Origin: Congregibacter sp.
Lineage (GTDB): Bacteria; Pseudomonadota; Gammaproteobacteria; Pseudomonadales; Halieaceae
Direction of reading: 5' to 3'
Length of the DNA: 64,000 nucleotides
Assembly (NCBI RefSeq): GCF_965660375.1
Contig: NZ_CBFHZO010000121.1
Span: forward strand, 3,250 to 67,249
Shown: positions 21,045 through 31,924 of the stretch, in pieces
Layout: every line of letters starts with the position of its first letter
How positions within the stretch are numbered: position 1 is the first letter of the stretch
Notes under the pieces: generated by a model
The model's input: the letters and a program-made list of their open reading frames with translations, nothing else
Told to the model about the DNA's origin: nothing
Database searches by the model: none
Translations under genes and position numbers: made by a program

Positions 21045-21944
21045 TCAGCGTCCATCGTCATAACCGAGACTTCGCAGCGCACGTTCATCATCGGCCCAGC
21101 CCGAGCGGACTTTCACCCAAAGATTAAGCATCACTTTGTTATCAACAAGACGCTCGATATCCTGCCGGGCATCCGTTCCAATCTGGCGCAAACGGCTGCC
21201 TTTCTGGCCGATGAGAATCGCTTTTTGCCCTTTGCGCTCCACCAGTATCACCGCAGAAATGTGCACAATTCCGTTTTCATGACCGTACTCCTCGATCTCC
21301 ACGGTGGTGGAGTAAGGCAGCTCATCGCCCAGCTGCCGGGTTATTTTTTCGCGCACAATTTCAGCGACGAGAAAACGTGTGCTGCGGTCCGTGAGTTCGT
21401 CTTCCTCGAAAAGGAACGGTCCCCCGGGTAAACGCTGGACGATCTCTGTCTCCAGTACCTCCAGGTTGCGGGCGCGAAGGGCGGACAGGGGGATCAACGC
21501 GGCAAAATCAGCGCGCTGCGCCAGGGATTCGAGACTGGGTAAAATGGCGTTGGGATTGTCTTCCAGGTCTATCTTATTGACCACCAGCAGTAAGGGGGCA
21601 CCACTGGCGAGGCAGCTACCCAACACGCGCTCATCATCGTCACGCCACTCCCCCCGGTCCACTACCATCACCACAATATCCACCGCTGCGACTGCTGCAC
21701 CGGCAGTGCGATTCATAAAGCGGTTCAGCGCCCGGCCTTCACCGCCGTGAATCCCCGGAGTATCCACGAACAGCATCTGTGCCCTGTCTGTGGTCTTGAT
21801 CCCCAGTACCTGGTGCCGGGTCGTTTGAGGCTTACGGGAAGTGATGGACAGCTTTTGCCCCAGAAGATGATTTAGCAAGGTGGACTTGCCAACGTTGGGC
21901 CGCCCCACAATGGCCACGTAACCGCAGCGAGTTTCTTTATTCAT
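21045..21944 (-). CDS. era: GTPase Era
   Basis: G1 GRPNVGKST, G3 DTPG, G4 NKID, C-terminal KH domain. 4-nt overlap with rnc. Confidence 0.95.
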   Translation of the reverse strand: MNKETRCGYVAIVGRPNVGKSTLLNHLLGQKLSITSRKPQTTRHQVLGIKTTDRAQMLFVDTPGIHGGEGRALNRFMNRTAGAAVAAVDIVVMVVDRGEWRDDDERVLGSCLASGAPLLLVVNKIDLEDNPNAILPSLESLAQRADFAALIPLSALRARNLEVLETEIVQRLPGGPFLFEEDELTDRSTRFLVAEIVREKITRQLGDELPYSTTVEIEEYGHENGIVHISAVILVERKGQKAILIGQKGSRLRQIGTDARQDIERLVDNKVMLNLWVKVRSGWADDERALRSLGYDDGR

Positions 21945-22618
21945 GGCTCCCCCAGTTGATCAAGAACAGCGCTCGCTGCTGCCTGCTCAGCGGCGCGTCG
22001 ACTGTCACCAACGCCCTCCGCCACTTCCTTACCATCGGCAAGCTCACAGGCGACGGTAAATATACGGGCATGATCCTCCCCCGTCGCTTTTCGAAGCACG
22101 TATTCCGGCAGAGGACGCCCGCTGCCCTGAAGTAACTCCTGAAGCCGGGTTTTGGGGTCTTTGCGAGCAAGCTCCAACTTCAACCCCTCCAGGCGCGCGT
22201 GGAACACCTTCAGAATCGCTGCGCGACAGGCCTCAATACCTGAGTCGAGGACAATGGCGCCCAAAATGGCTTCAAAGGAATCTGCCAGAATGGAATTGCG
22301 ACGGCGACCGCCACCGTGACGCTCGCCCACCCCAAGGCGCAATTGTTCTCCGAGAGTCAATTCCCGCGCCACCTCGGCAAGAGCGCTGCCTTTTACCAGC
22401 GACACCCTCAGGCGGCTTAACTGCCCCTCGTCCGCGTCGGGAAAGCGCTGGTAAAGCTCTTCGCTTACCACGTAGCCAAGCACCGAGTCGCCGAGAAATT
22501 CGAGACGCTCATTGTTACGACTCCCGACACTGCGATGAGAAAGGGCCTGGTGCAATAAAGCGTCGTTTTTCAGCCGACAGCCAAACTGCCGCTCCAGCCA
22601 CTGCTGCGCGTCCATCAC
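21941..22618 (-). CDS. rnc: ribonuclease III
   Basis: RNase III signature ERLEFLGDSVL plus a dsRBD C-terminus. Confidence 0.95.
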   Translation of the reverse strand: MMDAQQWLERQFGCRLKNDALLHQALSHRSVGSRNNERLEFLGDSVLGYVVSEELYQRFPDADEGQLSRLRVSLVKGSALAEVARELTLGEQLRLGVGERHGGGRRRNSILADSFEAILGAIVLDSGIEACRAAILKVFHARLEGLKLELARKDPKTRLQELLQGSGRPLPEYVLRKATGEDHARIFTVACELADGKEVAEGVGDSRRAAEQAAASAVLDQLGEP

Positions 22619-23004
22619 TCGTCGCTGTAACGCTCACCGGCGGTGAACACCAGATCATCATATTTAACGACCGCATCGAAGCGCCAGAAAAGCGGAATGC
22701 GGTCTTCGTAGTTGGCGTTCAACATCACTTTGCCACTTTCCCGGGTGATCTTCACATCACGAGGTCCAATGGATTTGATCTGATTCATGCTGAAGCTTCC
22801 GGAAAGCTGCCGGCGAATATCCGCAATGGTGTCCTGCTCGTCATCGAAATTCTCCGCCGCCTCACTAACCAAAGCACGAACAGTCTGATACTCGATGAGA
22901 CCCGGCGCAATGCGAATGCCGGACATCACGAAGAACCCCACCATAGCGGCGATAATCAGCATGCCAAGCATGCTCATGCCTTGCTGTCTGTTGCTTGTTT
23001 TCAT
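22615..23004 (-). CDS. DUF4845-like small membrane-anchored protein
   Basis: N-terminal pilin-like TM helix (GMSMLGMLIIAAMVGFFVM). Conserved position between lepB and rnc in Pseudomonas-type genomes. Confidence 0.7.
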   Translation of the reverse strand: MKTSNRQQGMSMLGMLIIAAMVGFFVMSGIRIAPGLIEYQTVRALVSEAAENFDDEQDTIADIRRQLSGSFSMNQIKSIGPRDVKITRESGKVMLNANYEDRIPLFWRFDAVVKYDDLVFTAGERYSDE

Positions 23005-23040
23005 AGCCGAGCCCTCGATAAGGCAACCGCCCTGGGGAAT

Positions 23041-23880
23041 CTATTCGATGCCACCGACGCGGTCAAAACTGGGGATGCTGAACAGCGAGTCCCAATGCAT
23101 CCAGATAGCAAAAGCCTTACCTACTATATCGCGCTCGCTGACCTGCCCCCAAACGCGGCTGTCAGAACTGTTGTCGCGATTATCCCCCATCATGAAGTAA
23201 TGTCCCGGCTTTACGGTGACCGTAAAATCCCTTCCCGGACGCATGAGGTTGATCTGTTGCAGATGGCTTTTGCCGCCGAGCTCTGACATCCCCATCTGGT
23301 AGCGTGACCGTCCGTCCGGCACCACCGCTAAAGGCTCAAAGGGGATTGGCTCGCCATTGACGTAAAGGCGCTTGTTGCGATAGCTCACCACGTCACCGGG
23401 AAGACCGATAACCCGCTTGATGTAATAGGTCTTGTTGAGGTGGGGTGGAAAAAACACCATGACATCACCCCGCTCCGGCTCGCTGATAGACAGCACCTTG
23501 GTCCTCACCACGGGCAGGCGGATACCGTAGATAAATTTATTGACCAGAATGTAGTCACCCACCTCGAGGGTCGGAACCATAGAAGAGGAGGGAATCTGAA
23601 AGGGCTCCGCGATAAAGCTGCGCAGCACAAATACCACTGCAAGTACCGGAAAGAAGGATCGGGAATACTCCACGATGGTGGATTCCCGCGGTAGAGTCTC
23701 GGCCGAGGCTGCAAATTGCCGGGCATCCGCAGACCCCTCCTGGTTCCACTGGGGAAACTGCTCGCACAGCGCGTCCAGGCTTTTCTGCCTGCCCGGCGCC
23801 CAGAGGATGCGGTCCGCGAGCCAGATGAGGCCGGTACCAAACACCAAAACCAATAAAATGAGGGGGAAATCAAGCGACAT
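23041..23880 (-). CDS. lepB: signal peptidase I
   Basis: Catalytic boxes IPSSSMVPTL (Ser), YIKRVIGLPGD (Lys), GDNRDNSSDSR. Confidence 0.9.
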   Translation of the reverse strand: MSLDFPLILLVLVFGTGLIWLADRILWAPGRQKSLDALCEQFPQWNQEGSADARQFAASAETLPRESTIVEYSRSFFPVLAVVFVLRSFIAEPFQIPSSSMVPTLEVGDYILVNKFIYGIRLPVVRTKVLSISEPERGDVMVFFPPHLNKTYYIKRVIGLPGDVVSYRNKRLYVNGEPIPFEPLAVVPDGRSRYQMGMSELGGKSHLQQINLMRPGRDFTVTVKPGHYFMMGDNRDNSSDSRVWGQVSERDIVGKAFAIWMHWDSLFSIPSFDRVGGIE

Positions 23881-23913
23881 AGGCGCTCCTGTTGATAGCG
23901 ACCAAACCCAAAA

Positions 23914-25710
23914 TCAATCGACTTTTAGCACTGCAAGAAAAGCTGACTGCGGTATTTCCACACGTCCCACCTGCTTCATGCGTTTCTTACCGGCTTTCTG
24001 CTTCTCCAACAGTTTACGCTTGCGGCTCACATCGCCACCGTAGCATTTAGCCGTCACATTTTTACGCAGTGCCTTCACAGTCTGTCGTGCAACGATCTTT
24101 CCGCCCACCGCCGCCTGAATGGCCACGTCGAACATCTGACGGGGAATCAGCTCTTTCATTTTTTCTGTGAGCTGCCGCCCACGGTACTCCACCTGATCGC
24201 GATGCACGATGAGGGCCAGGGCGTCCACACGGTCACCGTTTATCAGTACATCCAGTCGCGACAATGTGGCCGTCTCAAAACGATCGAAGCTGTAATCAAG
24301 GGAGGCATAGCCGCGACTGACAGATTTCAGACGATCAAAGAAATCGAGGACTACGTCGGCCATGGGGATATCGTAGGTCAGAGATACCTGGGAGCCAAGG
24401 AACTGCATATCCTTCTGCTCTCCCCGTTTTTCCACGCACAGGGTAATGACATTGCCCAGATAGTCCTGCGGCACCAGAATATTGCAGCGGGCAATGGGCT
24501 CGCGCATTTCATCCACATCACCCATGTCGGGTAGCGCCGACGGATTGTCCACGCGCAGGGTTTCACCGCGTTTGGTGAGCACCTCGTACACCACCGTGGG
24601 CGCGGTAGTGATGAGGTCGAGGTCGTATTCCCGCTCGAGCCGCTCCTGAATAATCTCCATGTGAAGCATGCCCAGAAAACCGCAGCGAAAACCGAAGCCC
24701 AGGGCATCGGATGTCTCGGGTTCATAAAACAGGGACGCGTCATTGAGGGTCAGCTTGGCCAGGGCTTCGCGGAAGTCCTCGTAATCATCGGTAGACACGG
24801 TAAAGATCCCCGCATAGACCTGAGGTTTTACCATTTTAAAGCCCGGCAGGGACGGCACATCGGGCATCTTGGCGTGCACCAGGGTGTCGCCCACGGGCGC
24901 GCCGAGAATCTCCTTGATACCGGCGACGACGTAGCCCACCTCGCCTGCCTGAAGGCACTCCCGGGGCTCCCGTTTAGGTGTGAATATGCCCACCCCGTCC
25001 ACCTGGTGCTGTTTGCCCGTGGATTTCGTAATGATGCGATCCCGGCGCGTCAATACACCCTGCTTTACCCGCACCAGCGACACGACGCCGAGATAGTTAT
25101 CAAACCAGCTGTCGATGATCAGCGCCTGGAGCGGCGCCTCACGATCACCCTCCGGGGGTGGAATGTGATCCACGAGGTATTCCAGGGCATCTTCGATACC
25201 CAGGCCGGATTTCGCGGACACCAAGCAGGCGTCTGTGGCATCGATACCGATAATCTCTTCAATTTCCAGCCGAACGCGATCCGGATCCGCCTGGGGCAGA
25301 TCCATTTTGTTGAGTATGGGGAGTACTTCAAGACCCAGTTCGATAGCGGTGTAACAGTTGGCGACGGATTGCGCTTCAACCCCCTGCCCCGCATCTACCA
25401 CTAAGAGCGCGCCTTCGCAGGCCTCCAGGGAACGGGATACTTCATAAGAGAAGTCGACGTGTCCGGGAGTGTCGATGAAGTTCAGCTGGTAGGTCTCACC
25501 GTTCCTGGCATGATAATCAAGGGTCACGCTCTGAGCCTTGATGGTGATGCCCCTTTCTCGCTCGATATCCATGGAATCCAGGACCTGAGCCTGCATTTCG
25601 CGGGAGCTCAGCCCCTCGCAGTGCTGAATAAAGCGATCGGCCAGCGTCGATTTCCCATGGTCAATATGGGCAATGATGGAAAAATTACGTATGTGATCAA
25701 GGTCACTCAA
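23914..25710 (-). CDS. lepA: translation elongation factor 4
   Basis: [29 protein letters not shown] and the LepA-specific C-terminal domain. Confidence 0.95.
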   Translation of the reverse strand: MSDLDHIRNFSIIAHIDHGKSTLADRFIQHCEGLSSREMQAQVLDSMDIERERGITIKAQSVTLDYHARNGETYQLNFIDTPGHVDFSYEVSRSLEACEGALLVVDAGQGVEAQSVANCYTAIELGLEVLPILNKMDLPQADPDRVRLEIEEIIGIDATDACLVSAKSGLGIEDALEYLVDHIPPPEGDREAPLQALIIDSWFDNYLGVVSLVRVKQGVLTRRDRIITKSTGKQHQVDGVGIFTPKREPRECLQAGEVGYVVAGIKEILGAPVGDTLVHAKMPDVPSLPGFKMVKPQVYAGIFTVSTDDYEDFREALAKLTLNDASLFYEPETSDALGFGFRCGFLGMLHMEIIQERLEREYDLDLITTAPTVVYEVLTKRGETLRVDNPSALPDMGDVDEMREPIARCNILVPQDYLGNVITLCVEKRGEQKDMQFLGSQVSLTYDIPMADVVLDFFDRLKSVSRGYASLDYSFDRFETATLSRLDVLINGDRVDALALIVHRDQVEYRGRQLTEKMKELIPRQMFDVAIQAAVGGKIVARQTVKALRKNVTAKCYGGDVSRKRKLLEKQKAGKKRMKQVGRVEIPQSAFLAVLKVD

Positions 25711-25853
25711 GGGGTGTGCTCACTAGAACGGCGAAATCCGGGGCCTCCTGCGGAGACCCCGGTAAAAAGCGCGGCATTGTAGCCCAGTGCGGCGGTCGCC
25801 GCTACGAACCAGGCAAATTGCCGGGCTCGGAACCTGGACACTGCCTGACTGAG

Positions 25854-27275
25854 TCAGCCTTCAAGGCGAAGCCCGATGAACATCGGAGACCCGCGTCGGA
25901 TCAAACGTAGCGGCACGGACGCACCATCATCCAGCCCACCGATGATCTCACTGAAGTCTTCCAGGGACTGCACCGGCGTGGCTCCCACCGCAGTGATCAC
26001 GTCACCGGGCTGCAAACCCGCCTCTTCGGCGGGAGAACCGGGCTCGATGGTGCGCACCACTACACCGCCGGCAAGTTCCCAGCGTGACAGCACCTCCTCT
26101 GGCGCTTCCTCTACAACAATACCGAGTCGACCGCCGCGTTCCCCATCGGCCGCACCGTTGCGGTAAGCCTGATCCACGCTGTCATCTGCGTCGAGGCCAC
26201 CGACCTCTACCTCGATAGTTTTCTGTTTGCGATCTCTGACAATGAGTACCTCAACCTCAGTGCCCGGTGCAATGAGTCCCACCACGTGAGGGAGGTCTGC
26301 GGAGGTTTCGATGGACTCACCATCGAACTCTATGATGATGTCGCCGGGCTCCAGACCCGCGTTACTGGCGGGCCCGTCGTTGGCAATCTGGGAAATCAAC
26401 GCTCCGCGGGGCCGATCCAGCCCAAAGGACTCGCCAAGATTACGATCCACGTTCTGTATGGTAACGCCCAGCCAACCGCGGATAACGGTGCCATCTTCTT
26501 TCAACTGACTGACGACGTTACGCACGACATTGACGGGGATCGCAAAAGAAAGACCAATGGATCCGCCGGCACGGGTGGTAAAAATCTGCGAGTTCACACC
26601 CACCACTTCGCCGTCGAGGTTGAACAGGGGACCGCCGGAGTTCCCCGGATTGATAGCGACGTCGGTCTGAATAAAAGGCACATAGTTCTCGCGACTGCGT
26701 GTGGGCAGGCTGCGTCCCTTGGCACTCACAATTCCGGCAGTGACCGAATAGTCCAGGCCAAAGGGAGAGCCGATGGCAAGCACCCATTCGCCCACGTCCA
26801 GCGCGTCATCCGCGCCCAGCACAAGGTAAGGCAGGTCCTCGGCATCAATGCGAAGCAGCGCGAGGTCCGAACGGGGGTCAAGACCGACAACTTCCGCTTC
26901 GTACTCTCGACGATCTGACAGCCGCACCGTAACAAGGTCCGCATCTTCCACAACGTGGTGGTTGGTCACCACAAAGCCATCGTCGGAGATAATAAACCCG
27001 GACCCCGTCGCCATACGCTCCTGCTGAGGGCCCTGGGGTGGATTGGGCATTTGGAAGTAGCGACGGAGGAACTCGGGGATCTCCTGCTCGTCAATCTGAG
27101 ACGGGCCGCGGCTGCTCGCCTCCACGATGATTTTTACCACCGCTGGCGACTGCTCCGTAACGATCCCCCGAAAGTCAGGTAGCTCTGCTGCCTGACCGGG
27201 TATCGCTGATAACAACAGCGCGAGCACTGCGGCGGTCAACACGGTGATTCGTGCAGCTCCCAAACGATAGCTCAT
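25854..27275 (-). CDS. mucD: periplasmic serine endoprotease DegP/MucD family (two PDZ domains)
   Basis: Catalytic triad context (TNHHVV, DLALLRI, GNSGGPL). Signal peptide starts at ATG 27275, which has a GGGAGA SD. The track ORF is extended 28 codons. Confidence 0.9.
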   Translation of the reverse strand: MSYRLGAARITVLTAAVLALLLSAIPGQAAELPDFRGIVTEQSPAVVKIIVEASSRGPSQIDEQEIPEFLRRYFQMPNPPQGPQQERMATGSGFIISDDGFVVTNHHVVEDADLVTVRLSDRREYEAEVVGLDPRSDLALLRIDAEDLPYLVLGADDALDVGEWVLAIGSPFGLDYSVTAGIVSAKGRSLPTRSRENYVPFIQTDVAINPGNSGGPLFNLDGEVVGVNSQIFTTRAGGSIGLSFAIPVNVVRNVVSQLKEDGTVIRGWLGVTIQNVDRNLGESFGLDRPRGALISQIANDGPASNAGLEPGDIIIEFDGESIETSADLPHVVGLIAPGTEVEVLIVRDRKQKTIEVEVGGLDADDSVDQAYRNGAADGERGGRLGIVVEEAPEEVLSRWELAGGVVVRTIEPGSPAEEAGLQPGDVITAVGATPVQSLEDFSEIIGGLDDGASVPLRLIRRGSPMFIGLRLEG

Positions 27276-27348
27276 AAATGTCTCCCACATAAAAGAATTC
27301 GATCCAGAAAAGTTTGTATCCAAGATTCGCGGTGCGCGGCGATTTGGA

Positions 27349-27816
27349 TCAGCTGACACCCGTCACCCGGGGTTGCAGACCAGGGTCGGCACTCATGCGC
27401 CGACTCAGGACTCGCAACAACAGGAGCCCCGCAGCCAGACCGGAGGCCGCCGCGATGGTGACCCGAAAATCCATGGCAGCCTGGGTCAGCCCGGACGACG
27501 CCCAAAGCTGATCGGCGAAGCCCGCAGCGGTAAGCATGGTCAGCAGGGGCATCGCGTAAAGCAGCCACGCCGCTCGAAGAAACCCCTGCTCCGGCACGGA
27601 GATTTCCACCGTGTCATGAAGACTGACCACAATTGATTTATCAGCGGGCAAAGCAGCCTTCAACAGCCCCTTCGATACACCCGCGCGGGCGCTGTTAAGC
27701 ATCCCGTGACCGCAACCGGAACGGGCAGCACAGCTACCGCAGCTTGATTGTCGCAGCGTTTCCACCCACACGGCGCTGCCTTCTACCGCGACGACGCGCG
27801 CGCTTTCAGTGAGCAT
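27349..27816 (-). CDS. rseC: RseC/MucC family sigma-E regulatory protein
   Basis: N-terminal Cys cluster (CGSCAARSGCGHG), two C-terminal TM helices, and operon position. Confidence 0.8.
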   Translation of the reverse strand: MLTESARVVAVEGSAVWVETLRQSSCGSCAARSGCGHGMLNSARAGVSKGLLKAALPADKSIVVSLHDTVEISVPEQGFLRAAWLLYAMPLLTMLTAAGFADQLWASSGLTQAAMDFRVTIAAASGLAAGLLLLRVLSRRMSADPGLQPRVTGVS

Positions 27817-27852
27817 GATTTCGGCTCAACAACGCCGTGGAACGGACCGCCT

Positions 27853-28860
27853 TCATTGAAGACGCACAGAGTCAGCGAGCATGCGCGCTGTGTTGGTGGG
27901 GATCTCACCCAAAACCGTTACCAGCACCGGACGCCTGTCCAGAAGCGTGCCGCGGGTATAGGCGACGGTACTGCCCTGGCGCTCCACCCCCTCCCCCGGT
28001 TTGATGGCCGCTCCCAGAGGCTCGAGAAATACGGAGAATGATGCCAGACCATCGGTATAGCTTTTTCTCTGGGATTCCATGGGCACAGAATCTGTGGGCA
28101 TAAACCCCTCGGGCAGCCATGCGAGATCCCAGGCTATACCCCGGCGCAAGTACTCCGACTCCCGGGGGTGCGGATGGCTTGCCTCGTGCTCCACCACCGC
28201 GTCTGTCGGCTGGCGTGGCGCCATGACGAGACTGGCGAACTGAAACTGCTCCAACACGCTCTGGTCTGCGGCAAAAGTGGATGATTTCAAAATAAGGGCG
28301 GTGTCCTTATCCAGCTCAAGGACGTGTCCGAAGCGGTACATATCTTTGGGCTCAACGCGGAGACGCAAAGACGCACGACCTGCGATCCTGTCACCGGGCT
28401 GTACTCTGAAGCGATACACCGAAGTGAGACCGCAAAAAGCGCCGTCGCTGGCGTCGGTCGACCGCAACAGCTGATGCCCGGGGTGCATGCATTCTGTGGG
28501 ATGGCCCGTTCGCTCCACCAACGCGTCCTGACCGGTAAGCCGCGACAGCTCCTCCGAGGACTGGCCATCGTTGACACTGTGAGAGAGCTCCATAATCTGC
28601 ATGTCGTTGCCTCGCTGCAGCGTCACTACCCCACTGTAGTTCACCCGCTGGGCATTGCTGGACATCGCCTGAAGAAGCCGCGCTACGGAGGGATCCAGGG
28701 CATCACACTGTGGTTGCGCCGCAACGAAGGTCGCGGTCAGACTCAGCAGCACGCCGCTGAGTGCCGCGAACAATCCCTGTAACAAGCGACTGCTTTCTTT
28801 AAAGATGCGCTGGAGACTCGAGTCATTCACTGCGAAACCCACCATTTGCTTACTGCTCAA
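27853..28860 (-). CDS. rseB: sigma-E factor regulatory protein RseB/MucB
   Basis: Signal peptide, about 320 aa, immediately after the anti-sigma gene. Alternative ATG at 28845 would remove the 11-nt overlap. Confidence 0.8.
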   Translation of the reverse strand: MSSKQMVGFAVNDSSLQRIFKESSRLLQGLFAALSGVLLSLTATFVAAQPQCDALDPSVARLLQAMSSNAQRVNYSGVVTLQRGNDMQIMELSHSVNDGQSSEELSRLTGQDALVERTGHPTECMHPGHQLLRSTDASDGAFCGLTSVYRFRVQPGDRIAGRASLRLRVEPKDMYRFGHVLELDKDTALILKSSTFAADQSVLEQFQFASLVMAPRQPTDAVVEHEASHPHPRESEYLRRGIAWDLAWLPEGFMPTDSVPMESQRKSYTDGLASFSVFLEPLGAAIKPGEGVERQGSTVAYTRGTLLDRRPVLVTVLGEIPTNTARMLADSVRLQ

Positions 28861-29461
28861 TCACCGGCACCCGTGCGAAGGGAAGCATGCCGTGTGGGGT
28901 ATTGAGAGAGGCATGCTCAGCGTGCTCTTGGCTATAGCGGCGCAGGCGCTGCCGCGCAAGTTCACGGTAGGCAGTGCGGTCCGCAGGTTTCAGCGTGGGC
29001 ACGGCCCGGGTGCCATAGCTTGCTTGCACGGGCACTGCACCGGTGGTGTTCACTACCCCTACGGGAAGAGGAGCCACCCGGGCTACAGTATCGCTGTCAT
29101 TATTTGACGAGGTTGCCGCCAATTGCTGTCCGCCCATGACAACCACCATCGCCACAGAAGCGGCCACGGCAAAACTACCCAGGGCACGACGCCAGTTACC
29201 CGCGTTGCTTTGCTCCAGAGCAGGCTCCGCCTCGATTGCGCGTCGCACGGACACAGCGAAGTCCGCTGCGGGGCGCACCGTCTCACCCTTCATGGCAGTT
29301 CGCGCCACGTGCAGGCGATACCATCGGGCTCGCAATTCGGGGGAGCTATCCAGGTTTCGAAGCACCCGCCGGAGCTCAAGCTCCTGAGCCTCGTTGTCCG
29401 CAAGCGCTGATAAGGTTTCCGCCGCGGTGGTTTCCGGACTGTTGCTTTCGGCGTTACGCAT
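28850..29461 (-). CDS. rseA: anti-sigma-E factor RseA/MucA
   Basis: RseA N-terminal domain pattern (LSALADNEA...RWYRLHVARTAMKGE) and a single central TM helix (ALGSFAVAASVAMVVVMGG). Confidence 0.75.
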   Translation of the reverse strand: MRNAESNSPETTAAETLSALADNEAQELELRRVLRNLDSSPELRARWYRLHVARTAMKGETVRPAADFAVSVRRAIEAEPALEQSNAGNWRRALGSFAVAASVAMVVVMGGQQLAATSSNNDSDTVARVAPLPVGVVNTTGAVPVQASYGTRAVPTLKPADRTAYRELARQRLRRYSQEHAEHASLNTPHGMLPFARVPVIEQ

Positions 29462-29500
29462 GCTGACTATCCCTATTGTTCATAGCTACTACTGGCAAAA

Positions 29501-30082
29501 TTACTGACCATCCATCTGCTGCTGCACAATTTTGTCGATCGCTTCGCGGGCTCTGAAGATTCTCGAACGCACCGTTCCCACGGGGCACTCCATCACTGCC
29601 GCGATCTCTTCGTAACTGAGACCATCAAATTCCCGTAAAGTTACCGCTGTTCTCAAATCATCTGGCAAATCGTCAAGCGCCGCATGCACCCTGGTCCGCA
29701 GTTCTTCCCCGAAAAGCGCATTTTCAGGAGTTTCCCCGTCGCGAAGAGCGTCACCCGCCTCCAGATACTGCGCATCACCCACATCCACATCCGACCCCGG
29801 CGGTCTCCTTGACCGAGACACCAGGTGGTTTTTAGCAGTGTTGATCGCAATGCGGTAGAGCCAAGTGTAGAAAGCACTGTCGCCCCGAAAGTTGGGGAGC
29901 GCACGATACGCCTTGATAAAAGCTTCCTGTGCAACATCCTGCACTTCATCCGAATCATTCACGTAGCGGCTAATCAGGCTCATGATTTTTTGCTGGTACT
30001 TGATGACCAGCAGATCAAAGGCGCCTTTGTCGCCCCTCTGAACCCGCACAACCAACTGCTTATCTGTGACCGAAGCGGTCAA
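29501..30082 (-). CDS. rpoE: RNA polymerase sigma factor RpoE (AlgU, ECF sigma-24)
   Basis: LVVRVQRGDKGAFDLLVIKYQ..., region 2 and region 4 (VGTVRSRIFRAREAI). I start at TTG 30082, preceded by GGAGGAG with 8-nt spacing, which gives about 193 aa. The track ORF is longer. Confidence 0.9.
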   Translation of the reverse strand: MTASVTDKQLVVRVQRGDKGAFDLLVIKYQQKIMSLISRYVNDSDEVQDVAQEAFIKAYRALPNFRGDSAFYTWLYRIAINTAKNHLVSRSRRPPGSDVDVGDAQYLEAGDALRDGETPENALFGEELRTRVHAALDDLPDDLRTAVTLREFDGLSYEEIAAVMECPVGTVRSRIFRAREAIDKIVQQQMDGQ

Positions 30083-30142
30083 ACGTCGCACTCCTCCATG
30101 ATGCACGGCGTCAGCAACCGCATGCTGCCTCACCTGCCAGTT

Positions 30143-30170
30143 ATAGACACCCGCAGCGCACTGCAGTTCC
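30143..30170 (-). promoter_or_regulatory. candidate sigma-E (AlgU)-dependent autoregulated promoter of rpoE
   Basis: Minus strand reads GGAACTG-N16-TCTAT, against the remembered consensus GAACTT-N16-TCTGA/TCTAA. It lies about 60 nt upstream of the proposed rpoE start. Confidence 0.45.
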
Positions 30171-30304
30171 CTGTGAACTATTCACGCTTGCCCTGCGTTT
30201 TATCAAGCGAGCCTGCACAGCATCCTCAAAGGTGTACCGACAGGGCAATAAAACGGGCATGATACCCGTCATTCCAAATTGTTGATAAGGATTATCTGCG
30301 CGCA

Positions 30305-31903
30305 ATGAGCACGCATTATCGCCACGACGTCGTGATCATTGGACGCGGCGCCGCAGGTCTCGCCCTCGCACTGCGACTTCCCGGAGAGTATCGCATCGCA
30401 GTACTTTCCAAGGGCGATGTCAAACAAAGCTCCACCTACTGGGCTCAGGGCGGTATGGCCGCAGTGCTCCACGCGAGGGACAGCGTCGATGCCCATGTGG
30501 AAGACACGCTCCGCGCCGGCGCCGGCCTGTGCCACCGGGATGCGGTGGAATTGACTGTTTCCCACAGCCGGGAAACCGTAGCTTGGCTCGCCTCCCTGGG
30601 TGTTGACTTTGACCTCCGGGAAGATAGGGATGCAACTCAGTCTCCGGAATATCACCTCGCCCAGGAAGGCGGCCATAGCCACCGAAGAATAGTTCATGCT
30701 GCCGACCGCACCGGTGGCGCCATTGGCGAAGTACTCGAAGAGCGCGCCCGTCAGGCGGACAACATCGATTTATTGCCGGGACGGGTTGCGGTGGATCTGG
30801 TTGTTCGGGATGGACGCTGCAAAGGCATCTATGTGCTGGATGAGAAAGAAGATCGCGTCGATCTCTTTGAAGCCGGCGCCGTGGTGCTCGCGAGCGGCGG
30901 CGCCAGTAAAGCGTATCTCTATACAAGTAACCCCGACGGCGCGAGTGGAGATGGTATCGCGATGGCCTGGCGGGCCGGTTGTCGCGTCGCCAACCTGGAG
31001 TTCAACCAGTTTCATCCCACCTGTCTTTACCATCCGGACGCAAAATCTTTTCTCATTACCGAAGCGCTACGCGGAGAAGGTGCCCATCTGTCACTGCCGA
31101 ACGGAGAGCGGTTTATGCCCGCCTTTGACAAGCGCGCGGAGCTTGCGCCCCGGGACATCGTGGCCCGGGCCATCGACCATGAGATGAAGCGACTGGGCGC
31201 TGACTGCGTCTACCTGGATATCTCCCATCAAGAACCGGAGTTTGTCCGCCAGCACTTTCCAACTATTTATGAGCGCTGCCTCGAATTCGGTATCGACATT
31301 ACCAAAGACCGGATTCCGGTGGTGCCTGCCGCCCATTACACCTGCGGCGGGATCATGGTGGATGCTCGTGGATGCACCGACGTAGACGGTCTCTACGCCA
31401 TCGGGGAGTGCTCTTTTACCGGGTTACACGGTGCCAATCGCATGGCGAGCAACTCTCTCCTCGAATGCCTGGTCTATGCCCAGGCCGCAGCAAAACACAT
31501 TGATGGCGAGGGAGTGCAAACAAATAGCGATGAAAGCCCGCCCCCCTGGGATGAAAGCCAGGTGACCAATTCCGACGAGGACGTAGTAATCTCTCACAAC
31601 TGGCATGAGCTCCGCCGTTTCATGTGGGATTACGTTGGCATTGTGCGCACCAATAAGCGTCTCCAGCGGGCCCTGCGGCGCGCCGAACTGCTCCAGGGGG
31701 AAATCGCCGAGTACTACAGCAACTACAAGGTTACCAACGACCTCCTGGAATTGCGTAATCTGGCCATGGTGGCAGAGCTGATGATTCGCTGCGCCATGGA
31801 ACGAAGAGAGAGCCGCGGCCTGCATTTCACTCTCGATTATCCTGAGCTGCTGCCAGACCCTAGAGACACCATCCTTGCTCCCGAAAATTACCGCCCACGA
31901 TAA
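30305..31903 (+). CDS. nadB: L-aspartate oxidase
   Basis: FAD-binding [27 protein letters not shown]. Divergent from rpoE, as I recall for E. coli and Pseudomonas. Confidence 0.95.
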   Translation: MSTHYRHDVVIIGRGAAGLALALRLPGEYRIAVLSKGDVKQSSTYWAQGGMAAVLHARDSVDAHVEDTLRAGAGLCHRDAVELTVSHSRETVAWLASLGVDFDLREDRDATQSPEYHLAQEGGHSHRRIVHAADRTGGAIGEVLEERARQADNIDLLPGRVAVDLVVRDGRCKGIYVLDEKEDRVDLFEAGAVVLASGGASKAYLYTSNPDGASGDGIAMAWRAGCRVANLEFNQFHPTCLYHPDAKSFLITEALRGEGAHLSLPNGERFMPAFDKRAELAPRDIVARAIDHEMKRLGADCVYLDISHQEPEFVRQHFPTIYERCLEFGIDITKDRIPVVPAAHYTCGGIMVDARGCTDVDGLYAIGECSFTGLHGANRMASNSLLECLVYAQAAAKHIDGEGVQTNSDESPPPWDESQVTNSDEDVVISHNWHELRRFMWDYVGIVRTNKRLQRALRRAELLQGEIAEYYSNYKVTNDLLELRNLAMVAELMIRCAMERRESRGLHFTLDYPELLPDPRDTILAPENYRPR

Positions 31904-31924
31904 ACTGACTCAGCGAAGTTTCTT

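Noticed and set aside
20343-21431. 362-aa plus-strand ORF
   Set aside because: It lies antisense across recO and era, spanning their intergenic gap. It has no SD and no domain signature, while both sense genes are clearly real.
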